Source: an uncultured Acidimicrobiia bacterium (GTDB lineage: Bacteria > Actinomycetota > Acidimicrobiia > IMCC26256 > JAENVU01). From it: 64,000 bases of DNA. Every line of letters begins with the position of its first letter. Position 1 is the stretch's first letter. Position numbers and translations under genes: made by a program. Where the stretch lies: assembly GCA_963765075.1 (NCBI GenBank), contig CAVXVA010000008.1, positions 133,078 to 197,077 on the forward strand, in the 5' to 3' direction. Of this stretch, positions 30,519 to 38,719 are shown piece by piece. The notes beneath the pieces are model-generated. The model was not told the origin of the DNA, did not search any database, and saw only the letters and a program-made list of their open reading frames with translations.

Positions 30519-32042
30519 ATGGAGCGGCTCGGGAGCCTTGACGCGATCTTCCTCGAGATCGAGAGCCCGACGACTCCGATGAACATCGGCTCGGTGTCGA
30601 TCTTCGAAGGTGCCGCCCCGTCGTTCGCCGAGATCCGTGCGTTCGTCGCGGCGCGAGTGGCGCTGGTACCGCGGTGCCGGCAGCGGGTACGTCGCTCCGG
30701 GCTCGGCCTCACCCGGCCGGTGTGGATCGATGATGTGGGCTTCGACCTCGGCCGCCATCTGCACCACGTGACGCTCCCCGCCGGCGGCATCGCCACCCTC
30801 GAGTCCGTCGTCGTCGAGGCCATGACGACCCCACTCGATCGCCGGGCTGCGCTGTGGGAGATGTGGCTCGTCGAGGGGCTCGCGGACGGCCGTTGGGCGG
30901 TGATCTCGAAGGTGCATCACTGCATGGTCGATGGGATCGCGGGCACGGACCTGCTCGCGGTGATGCTCGACGCCGACGTGTCGGTCCCGCCCGGGCCGCC
31001 GCCGACCTGGCGACCGACCCCCGAGCCCTCGGCCCTCGCGGTGGCCTGCTTCGGCCTCGCCCGGACCGCGAGGTCGATCCGCGCCCACCTCGGGGGGATC
31101 GTCCGCGCGCTCGGGCGGCCGGGGAGGTCCTGGCAGCGGCTTCGCGATCTCCTTGCCGGCGCGCGTGGACTCTGGCTCCAGCCCCGACGGCGCGATTCGC
31201 CGCTCACCGGCCCGATCGGCCCGGACCGACGCTGGGCTCACCTCGAGGTGTCACTCGCCGACGTCGGGGTCGCGCGCGATCGCTTCGGCGGGACGGTCAA
31301 CGATGTCGTGCTCAGCGCCATCGCGCTCGGATTCCGCGAGCTGCTCACCGCGCGCGGCGAACCGGTCGAGGGACGAGACGTGATGGCCCTCGTGCCCGTC
31401 TCCCTCCGCACGCGGGACGCGCGTGGCCAACTGGACAACCGGGTCGCCGTGACCCACGCACTGCTGCCCGTCGGAATCAGCGAACCGGCGGCCGCGTACA
31501 CCGCAGTGCGACAGCACCTCGACGCTCTGAAACGCTCGCACCAGGCCGACGCATCGGCGGCCCTGCTCCACACCGGTGACTACGCGCCGCATGTCGTCGC
31601 GGGCGCGGTCGCGCGTGGCGTCGTCCGAATGCAGCGGAACATCGAGACGATCGCCACCAACGTGCCGGGCCCCCGCGCGCCGTTGTTCGTCTGCGGGCGA
31701 CGAATGATCGAGGCGTATCCGTTCGCACCGATCGGCGCAGAGATTCGTATCGCCATCGCGATCTGGTCCTACTGCGGGACGTTCTACTTCGGCATCACCG
31801 TCGACCGCGAGGCGGTGACCGACCTCGACACGCTCGTCGTCGGGATCCGGCGCGCTTTCGCCGCCCTGCGGACCGCGGCCGAGACCGACGGGCCCTCCGG
31901 TCTTGAGTGCGATCGCGTACGGGAAGCCGGTGAAGACGACACGCCAGAGCCTGGCCATCAGCACGAACAGGAGGATGCCGCCCACGCCGGTCTCGAACCG
32001 GACGCCGGTGAGGAACCCCAGGGCGATCACGGGGACCGCTAG
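30519..32042 (+). CDS. wax ester synthase/diacylglycerol acyltransferase (WS/DGAT) with an aberrant ~49-aa C-terminal extension
   Basis: ATG 30519 (MERLGSLDAIFLEIE). Active-site HHCMVDG. The family-like sequence ends near ...AFAALRTAAETDG (~31890). The acidic tail beyond it is antisense to an ABC-2 permease fragment. Confidence 0.8.
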   Translation: MERLGSLDAIFLEIESPTTPMNIGSVSIFEGAAPSFAEIRAFVAARVALVPRCRQRVRRSGLGLTRPVWIDDVGFDLGRHLHHVTLPAGGIATLESVVVEAMTTPLDRRAALWEMWLVEGLADGRWAVISKVHHCMVDGIAGTDLLAVMLDADVSVPPGPPPTWRPTPEPSALAVACFGLARTARSIRAHLGGIVRALGRPGRSWQRLRDLLAGARGLWLQPRRRDSPLTGPIGPDRRWAHLEVSLADVGVARDRFGGTVNDVVLSAIALGFRELLTARGEPVEGRDVMALVPVSLRTRDARGQLDNRVAVTHALLPVGISEPAAAYTAVRQHLDALKRSHQADASAALLHTGDYAPHVVAGAVARGVVRMQRNIETIATNVPGPRAPLFVCGRRMIEAYPFAPIGAEIRIAIAIWSYCGTFYFGITVDREAVTDLDTLVVGIRRAFAALRTAAETDGPSGLECDRVREAGEDDTPEPGHQHEQEDAAHAGLEPDAGEEPQGDHGDR

Positions 32043-32072
32043 TGCCATCACGAGCCCGAAGTCGGCGACCAT
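31890..32072 (-). pseudogene. internal fragment of an ABC-2 transporter permease gene
   Basis: About 60 codons (VADFGLVMALAVPVIALGFLTGVRFETGVGGILLFVLMARLWRVVFTGFPYAIALKTG) parallel the mid-section of the intact permease at 11920..12690. There is no N- or C-terminal remainder. Confidence 0.5.
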
Positions 32073-32262
32073 CAGCCAACGGCGTTCGGGTCAGGGTTCG
32101 AAAGAGTGCCGATCTCCCACCGAGTGATCGGTAGGGCGAGCAAGGCCCTGTACAGGGACGACGCCCTGCGTTCGCCAACGAGCCGGTGTGTGGGAGCTCT
32201 TTCGAACCAGAGCCGGCGCTCGCGGAGCTGATAGCTGACGGCGCGTACGTGCGCGGTCCCTA

Positions 32263-32649
32263 CCGGGGATCTGCGGCAACTCGGTCACGTCGTTGTGCGC
32301 GGCGTGTGGTTGACGCGGTCGCGGTGAAGAGCCGCCAAGTTCCGGGAACGCCCTTGAGGGAGTGGTTGCTATGGGTGTTGAAGGTGATGCCGGAACTGGC
32401 AGCCACTTCACTCACGGTGCGCGATGTGCACACTTCTCCCGGGCCTGCGAGATCACAGATGCGTTTGGTGATGCTGACGGCGAGACCGACGACGTCGTCG
32501 GTTCGGACCTCGATCTCGCCCAGGTGGACACCGGCACGTACCTCCAAACCCATGTTCCTTGCTTGGGTCACGATCTCGATGGCGGCGCGCACCGCGCGGG
32601 TTGTGGCATCGAAGGTGGCGAGGAACCCGTCCGAGAAATGACGCAGACC
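32263..32649 (-). pseudogene. 5'-truncated class III adenylate/guanylate cyclase catalytic-domain fragment
   Basis: The frame opens right after a TGA at 32650-32652 and reads HFSDGFLATFDATTRAVRAAIEI...RAGVHLGEIEV...GLAVSITKRICDLAGPGEVCTS...LKGVPGTWRLF. The first ~60 residues of the domain and any start codon are missing. Confidence 0.6.
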
Positions 32650-32684
32650 TCAATATTGACGAAAACGTCATTTCACTGTAGGGT
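32650..32684 (+). promoter_or_regulatory. candidate TetR promoter/operator: overlapping palindromes and TTGACG-17-TAGGGT
   Basis: Perfect palindromes tcaatattga (32650-32659) and tgacgaaaacgtca (32657-32670). TTGACG at 32656-32661 and TAGGGT at 32679-32684. GTG start at 32692. Confidence 0.45.
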
Positions 32685-32691
32685 CACGTTC

Positions 32692-33429
32692 GTGACGCCG
32701 ACGATTGACGCATCACCGACTCGAGGGCACAAGAAGAAGGGCCGCACCCGTGCGGCGCTGATCGACGCCGCCATCGACGTCATCTCGGACCAGCCCGGTG
32801 GCTTCAGCGTCGGCGACGTGACCGCGTGGGCAGGCGTATCGCAGGGCACCTTCTACAACTACTTCGACGATCGCGACACGCTGATCGACGCGGTCGTCCC
32901 CGAAGTCCTCACCCGCTTCGCCGTCGAGAGCGCCGAACTCGTCGCGATCGACGAGCCCGTCGAACGGTTTGCCACCCTCACCACCATGGCACTGCGAATG
33001 GCGGCCGACGCTCCCCACGAGGTGCGGGTGCTCCTACGACTCGACGCGGTTCACCGAGCGATCGTCGAGGCGCCGGTGCTCGACCACATGCGCACCGACC
33101 TGCTGGCCGGGTACCGCTCCGGCGCATTCATCAGCGGCCCCGATGCGTCGAGCCTCGATGTCATCGTCGGCGCGATTCTCGTCGGCGCACGACGGATCAC
33201 CGATGAAGCTGTACCTGCGGAGTACGTCCCTCGCCTCGTCGCATCGCTGCTCCGATCTCTCGGCGTCGCCGCCGGCCCCGCAACCGAGGTCGCCGATCGC
33301 GTGGCGCGGTCCGTCGACGAGATCCGCCGCGTCTCCTCCGGCTCGACCAAACCAGCTCCGACTCGCAACGCAATGGAAGTTCTCGCGTCGTCGCCAACGC
33401 CGTCGCCGTCGTCCGACCGTCTCGACTGA
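32692..33429 (+). CDS. TetR/AcrR-family transcriptional regulator
   Basis: HTH RTRAALIDAAIDVISDQPGGFSVGDVTAWAGVSQGTFYNYFDDRD. Start GTG 32692 is preferred (possibly leaderless); ATG 32638 would include the operator. Confidence 0.8.
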   Translation: MTPTIDASPTRGHKKKGRTRAALIDAAIDVISDQPGGFSVGDVTAWAGVSQGTFYNYFDDRDTLIDAVVPEVLTRFAVESAELVAIDEPVERFATLTTMALRMAADAPHEVRVLLRLDAVHRAIVEAPVLDHMRTDLLAGYRSGAFISGPDASSLDVIVGAILVGARRITDEAVPAEYVPRLVASLLRSLGVAAGPATEVADRVARSVDEIRRVSSGSTKPAPTRNAMEVLASSPTPSPSSDRLD

Positions 33430-33437
33430 TCAGGAAA

Positions 33438-34016
33438 GTGACCCATCCCATGCCCACATCGTCTTCACCGCGACTCTCGCTGAGTCATACGACACTTGCC
33501 GTGCGCGACCTCGACGCGATGCTCGACTTCTATCGCGAGGTGCTCGGCTTCGTCGTCACCAACCGAGGCGAAGCCCCGGGCGGATCCGAGATGGCGTTCA
33601 TCTCCCAGGACCCCGCGGAGCATCATCAGATCGTGTTCATTTCCGGGCTTCCCGGCACTGATCGTCAGTTCGTGATGCTCGACCACCTGGCGTTTCGCAC
33701 CAACAGCCTCGACGACCTCCGTGCGATCGGCGTTCGTCTCGAGGAGGCCGGCGTCGACGGGGTCATCCCGATCTCCCACGGCAACGCGTGGTCGTTGTAC
33801 TTCACCGATCCCGAAGGCAACGGCCTGGAGTGCTTCGTCGACAGTCCTTTCCATGCCGCGCAGCCGTACGCCGATGGTTTCGACCTCGGCGCCGACGACG
33901 CGGCGATCGAGGCCGACACGCGCGCGAAGATCCAGGACGACGACGAGTTCCAGTCGATGGCGGACTGGCAGGCGCAGTTCCGGGTTCGCCTCGACGGCGA
34001 TGCGGCGGGAGACTGA
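33438..34016 (+). CDS. VOC-family (glyoxalase/extradiol dioxygenase-like) protein
   Basis: 192 aa. LSHTTLAVRDLDAMLDFYREVLGF...LDHLAFR...SLYFTDPEGNGLE pattern. Confidence 0.75.
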   Translation: MTHPMPTSSSPRLSLSHTTLAVRDLDAMLDFYREVLGFVVTNRGEAPGGSEMAFISQDPAEHHQIVFISGLPGTDRQFVMLDHLAFRTNSLDDLRAIGVRLEEAGVDGVIPISHGNAWSLYFTDPEGNGLECFVDSPFHAAQPYADGFDLGADDAAIEADTRAKIQDDDEFQSMADWQAQFRVRLDGDAAGD

Positions 34017-34019
34017 CCC

Positions 34020-34796
34020 GTGGACCTCGGAATCGCGGGTCGCACGGCCCTCATCTGCGCCTCGTCGCGCGGACTCGGGTTCGCCTGTGCCGACTCGCTC
34101 GGACGCGAGGGTGTCCACCTGGTCATCAACGGCCGGATAGGAACCCTCGCGGGTGCTGCGGACGAACTACGCGGCCGCCACCGCGTCAGGTGTCGACGGA
34201 TGCGGGCGACATCGCGGAGGCGGCAACCCGCGATCGGTTACTCCAGGTCTGCCCCGAGCCCGACATCTTGGTGAACAACAACAACGGCCCGGAACCGGGA
34301 CGATTTCAGGATTGGGATCGCGCGGACTGGATTGCTGCGCTCGACGCCAACATGCTTGCGCCGGTACTGCTGATCCGCGCCGTTATCGACGGCATGTCGG
34401 CGCGCCGCTTCGGTCGGATCGTCAACATCACCTCGGCCATGGTGAAGACACCGATGTCGGCCATGGGGCTCTCCACCGGTGCGCGAACTGCGCTCACTTC
34501 GGTGAGCAAGGCGCTGTCTCGAGACGTGGCCTCGGCCAACGTCACGATCAACAACCTGCTGCCGGAACGCTTCGACACCGCCCGCCAACAACAGATGGCG
34601 GAGCTGCATGCCGCGCTCGGCGACATCACCGTCGAGGCGGCCTACGCAGCAGATGAAGGCGACGATCGCCGCGAAACGGCTGGGCCGGCCCGACGAGTTC
34701 GGCGATGCGTGCGCGTTCCTGTGCAGTGCACAGGCGGGCTACATCTCCGGTCAGAACCTCCAGCTCGATGGCGGCAGCTACGCAGGCCTGTTGTGA
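34020..34796 (+). pseudogene. short-chain dehydrogenase/reductase needing two frame corrections (or base-call errors)
   Basis: Frame 0 gives MDLGIAGRTALICASSRGLG...HLVINGR. The frame of ORF 33788.. gives DIAEAATRDRLL...PDILVNNNNGP...NITSAMVKTP...TINNLLPERF. Frame 0 resumes (ORF 34608..34796) with MKATIAAKRLGRPDEFGDACAFLCS...GQNLQLDGG. Shifts at about 34165-34200 and about 34649. Confidence 0.8.
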
Positions 34797-36460
34797 CCGA
34801 CGAGTCCGCGAGCGGCTCCGCATCGGACCTCGACGTCGACGTCCTGATCGTCGGTGGGGGCCCGGTCGGAATGTTCGGCGGCATCCTTGCCTCGCGGCAT
34901 GGACTCACTTCGCTCGTGGTCGAACGTCGGGACGGACCGCAGACCGCCCCGGCCGCGCACGTCGTCAATGCCCGCACCTACGAGATCTGCCGGCAGGCGG
35001 GGCTCGACATGGATCGAATCCACGCCGCCGGCAAGGAACCGGCCGACTCCGGCCACGTCAATTTCGTGACCCGACTCAGCGGCGACGTGATCGGCCGCCT
35101 TCCGTTCGAACGTCAGGGCGATGGATGTCTCGACCTCACGCCGACCCCGCTCCGCAACCTCTCCCAGCACCGCTTCGGACGGATCCTGGCCGACGAGGTC
35201 CGAGGGTCGCCGGGTGCCGAGCTGCGCTACAGCCAGCAGTGGGAAGGCGCCGAGGAGATCGGCGATGCGGTGATGTCCGTCGTCACCGATCTCGAGACCG
35301 GCACGACGACCAGGGTACGAAGCCGCTACGTCATCGGGTGTGACGGCGCGGGCAGCCGGGTCCGCAAGATGCTCGGGATCGAGATGCTGGGCCCGCCGCT
35401 GATCCAGTGCTATCTGATGATCCACTTCGGCGCCGACCTCCGTGCGCTCACCTCTGACCGGCCGGCTGTGCTGCATTTCGTGCTCGACCCGGAGGTCGGT
35501 GGCGCCTTCATTGCCCACGACGTCGAATCGGATTGGGTGTTCATGCACCCCATTGACCCAACCCGGGAATCCGTCGAGGACTACGACGACGCTCGCTGCC
35601 TCGACATCATCGACCGGGCCGCCGGCACCCCGCTCGGCGCTGAGATCCTGGGCAAGGGCGCGTGGTGGATGAGTTCACAGACCGCCGAATCGATGGGCGG
35701 CGGACGCATCTTCCTCGTGGGCGATGCTGCGCACCGATTCCCCCCGACCGGTGGTCTCGGTCTGAACTGTGGGGTCCAGGACATCCACGGATTGATGTGG
35801 CGCCTCGCCGCAGTTTCGAGTGGCCACGCGTCGGCCGCTCTGCTCGACTCGTACGGAACCGAACGCATTCCGGTTGCCCAGAACAACGCCCATCAGTCGT
35901 TGACCAACGCGCTCAAGATGGTCCACCTGTCTGCCGCGCTGGGGACCGATGTCGAGCCGACGACCGAGCAGCTCCACGCGTCGTTGACGGATCCGTCGAA
36001 GGCCGATGAGATCGCTGCGGCAGTCGAGATGCAGCGGGAACACTTCGACCTGATCGGACTCCAGCTCGGCTACGTCTATGGCGACGGGGCGCTCGTCGCC
36101 GAGGAGTCGCCCCCTGAACCCGAGTCGCCGAGCACCTACGTCCCCACGGCGCGCCCCGGCGCGCGGTTGCCCCACGCCTGGTTGCGCGAGGTCGGCGGCA
36201 CGTCGACGCTCGATCTCGTCCCCGTCGACCGACCCGTGCTCTTCAGTTTCGGGGAGCACGACGTCTGGGCCGACGCGCTCGGCACCGACGATGTCGCGGC
36301 GGTGCGAGTCGGCGTCGACACGCCCTCGCTCGACTCGTGGCAGAAGGTGTGCGACGTCGGCGACGGTGGCGCGCTTCTGGTGCGCCCCGATCACCACGTG
36401 GCGTGGCGGGCTCGTGACGCCGCGCAACGTCGGCACACGGACCCGCGCTCGACGCGGTGA
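34793..36460 (+). CDS. FAD-dependent aromatic-ring monooxygenase (PheA/TfdB-like)
   Basis: GTG 34793 overlaps the SDR stop (GTGA). VLIVGGGPVGMFGG, CDGAGSRVR, GDAAHRFPPTGGLGLN. Part of listed ORF 33788..36460. Confidence 0.85.
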   Translation: MTDESASGSASDLDVDVLIVGGGPVGMFGGILASRHGLTSLVVERRDGPQTAPAAHVVNARTYEICRQAGLDMDRIHAAGKEPADSGHVNFVTRLSGDVIGRLPFERQGDGCLDLTPTPLRNLSQHRFGRILADEVRGSPGAELRYSQQWEGAEEIGDAVMSVVTDLETGTTTRVRSRYVIGCDGAGSRVRKMLGIEMLGPPLIQCYLMIHFGADLRALTSDRPAVLHFVLDPEVGGAFIAHDVESDWVFMHPIDPTRESVEDYDDARCLDIIDRAAGTPLGAEILGKGAWWMSSQTAESMGGGRIFLVGDAAHRFPPTGGLGLNCGVQDIHGLMWRLAAVSSGHASAALLDSYGTERIPVAQNNAHQSLTNALKMVHLSAALGTDVEPTTEQLHASLTDPSKADEIAAAVEMQREHFDLIGLQLGYVYGDGALVAEESPPEPESPSTYVPTARPGARLPHAWLREVGGTSTLDLVPVDRPVLFSFGEHDVWADALGTDDVAAVRVGVDTPSLDSWQKVCDVGDGGALLVRPDHHVAWRARDAAQRRHTDPRSTR

Positions 36461-36526
36461 CAGGCCGACGCTGATGGCCGTCAACGCGGCCACGAGTAGA
36501 ACGTCCTCGACGAATGAAGGATCCCT

Positions 36527-37381
36527 GTGAGCTACTCCCTTGCCAACGTCGGCGGCCGAGCCGCCCTGGTCGCCGGTGATCAGTGGTACGACCTCGAGTC
36601 GCTCTCCGGCGGCGAGCTCGGCCCCGACCCGATGGGCGCACTGTCGGCACCGGACCGCCTGGCCGCATTGACCGCTGATCTCGGAGCGCGCGAGTCGACC
36701 GGCGTCGTCGACTTCGACCGGCTCGGACCTCCGGTCCCGCAGCCCCGCAGCGTGTTCGCCATCGGTCTCAACTACCTGGACCACGCCGCAGAAGGAGCGA
36801 TGGAGGCTCCTGCCAATCCACTGGTGTTCGCGAAGTTCTCCTCGTGCTTGTCGGGTCCGGTCGCCGACGTCGAAATGCGCAGCGACTTCGTCGACTACGA
36901 GGGTGAGCTCGTCGTGGTGATCGGTCGGGGCGGCAAGGACATCAGCCGGCCGAGCCGGGATCACGTTGTCGGGTTCACGTTCGGCCAGGACATCTCCGAC
37001 GGGTCGTCGCAGTTTGCGTCCTCGCCGCCGCACTTCGATCTCGGCAAATCCTTCGACACCTTCGGGCCGATCGGCCCGGTGATGGTCTCGCCGGACTCCG
37101 TCGACCGGGACCACTTGCGGATCATCACCCAAGTCAACGGCGAGGTCCGCCAGGACGGGACGATCGGCGAGCTGATCTTCGATGTCCCGACGCTCGTGTC
37201 GTACCTGTCGAGAGTGACCACGCTGACAACCGGCGACCTGATCTTCACGGGCACCCCCGGCGGCATCGGCGCCACGCAAGGCAAGTTTCTGGCCGACGGT
37301 GACATCGTCACCACGCGCATCGACGGCGTCGGCGAGCTCGCCAACCGTTGTGTGCGGATCACCGACCACAACGTCTGCTGA
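36527..37381 (+). CDS. fumarylacetoacetate hydrolase (FAH) family protein
   Basis: 284 aa. FAIGLNYLDHA, VDYEGELVVVIG, GKSFDTFGPIGP, GDLIFTGTPGG. Confidence 0.85.
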   Translation: MSYSLANVGGRAALVAGDQWYDLESLSGGELGPDPMGALSAPDRLAALTADLGARESTGVVDFDRLGPPVPQPRSVFAIGLNYLDHAAEGAMEAPANPLVFAKFSSCLSGPVADVEMRSDFVDYEGELVVVIGRGGKDISRPSRDHVVGFTFGQDISDGSSQFASSPPHFDLGKSFDTFGPIGPVMVSPDSVDRDHLRIITQVNGEVRQDGTIGELIFDVPTLVSYLSRVTTLTTGDLIFTGTPGGIGATQGKFLADGDIVTTRIDGVGELANRCVRITDHNVC

Positions 37382-37487
37382 AGGGAACCCCGATGACGGA
37401 ATATCGGGATCGACAGCTGTGGGATCTTGCGGCCTGGCCGGAGATGCACTCGTAGGCGGCGCCAGGTATCTCGCATCGTTCGTACGC

Positions 37488-38701
37488 TCACACCTCTTGG
37501 TACACGATGTCGGTGATGTCCATGAGTGCCAGCCCACCGCCGCCGTCGACGCGCCGCGGACCGTCGGACAGCGCGTTCGTCAGCGTCGCCAGCGCGATGT
37601 CCGCCGACATGTTCTGGTCGATCCGCATCCAGGTGTACAGGCCCTCCACAAGCCCGTCGGTATGACCACCCAGGAGCAGGTGCGTATAGAGCCCGGGGGA
37701 ACTCCGCGACCAGCCGCTGCCCGACACGTTCCCATTGATGCCCGACAACCTTGCGTCGTCCAGCTGTGAGCCGGCGTTGTTCAAGATCCAGTACGCGTGC
37801 ATGTCGTCGAGCTTCTCGCTGGCGACCCTCCTGGGGTTGACGTTGACGAGATTCAGCCAGGTGTGCTCGATCTGGAGCTGCAGCACGTCGACCGCGATCA
37901 GCGCCCGCACGAGCGTCACCAGAGCCTCGAGCTGAGCCTTCGGCGGAAGGTAGACGCACAGCTCCTTACCCTTCTTGTCAAGGCTCGGGAGGTTGCGGAT
38001 GGCCGATACCTTCGTCGCGTTGACACCGTTGTGCACAGCGCCGTCCTGTCTCATCTGGTCGGCTTGCCCGGCGTTGCCCCACGGATCGTTCACGAACTCG
38101 ATGCCGATCGACGTCCCGATCAGGGTCGGCAGGTGATCGCGAGCTCACAAACGTCGAGGAACTGTCGGATCGTGCCGTCGCGATCGATGCAGAAGTGCGC
38201 CATGGGCCGGTACGAGTGCTGGACGCCACCACTGTCCCGCCAGGTTGCGACCCGGAAGTCGCTGACGTGCAGCAGATCGCGGCTCCCGGCCGTCTCGTGG
38301 AGAGCGATCTTGTTCAGCGAGGCCGCCGGGCGGTATCCGCCACCCGAGTAGACACGCATGCCGGGGTGGAGCGGATCCGCGAAGAACCGGTCTGCGTCGC
38401 GGGCGGCGTCGTCGAACGTGCCATCGGCCTTCTGGTACATGCCACGCCAGTTCGTCAAACCCGCAACCGCTCCCTTTTCGGCGCCGTCAACGACGAGGGT
38501 GTCGGTCGCCGCCGGAACGAAGTCACGAATGCGTTGCTGGTTGCTCGTCGAGCCGCCAACGGACACGCTCCCTGAGCTAGTGCTTGCGAACGCTGCGGCT
38601 TGATAGGCGTCCTTGTAGTAGACGAGGAGTGGAACTGTGGCGTCCGCGTAAGCGGTGATCGTCTCCACGACACGCTCGGTCTTTGCCATGAAGGTCTGCA
38701 A
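37488..38701 (-). pseudogene. island gene C: amidase_2 (PGRP-type N-acetylmuramoyl-L-alanine amidase) domain protein, one frame disruption
   Basis: ORFs 38120..38701 and 37488..38093 join across about 38100-38125 (...DGTIRQFLDV / ARDHLPTLIGTSIGIEFVNDPW...). Signatures KIALHETAG, HFCIDRDGTIRQ, SIGIEF, GGHTDG. No signal peptide. Likely start ATG 38689. Confidence 0.65.
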
Positions 38702-38719
38702 GTCTTCGTAGCTTACGCC

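Noticed and set aside
37382-37487. Search for a direct repeat of the tRNA-Ser 3' end (att site) at the far island border, and for a terminator between the convergent FAH gene and gene C
   Set aside because: I found no copy of the ggattcgaaccctc-type sequence by eye. Only a weak 6-bp hairpin (cccgat/atcggg, 37388-37408) is present, so the left border stays undefined. A computational repeat search is needed.
35675-37537. 620-aa minus-strand ORF across the monooxygenase and FAH genes
   Set aside because: Shadow ORF. The opposite strand carries two well-supported enzymes and the composition is Arg/Asp/Gly-biased.
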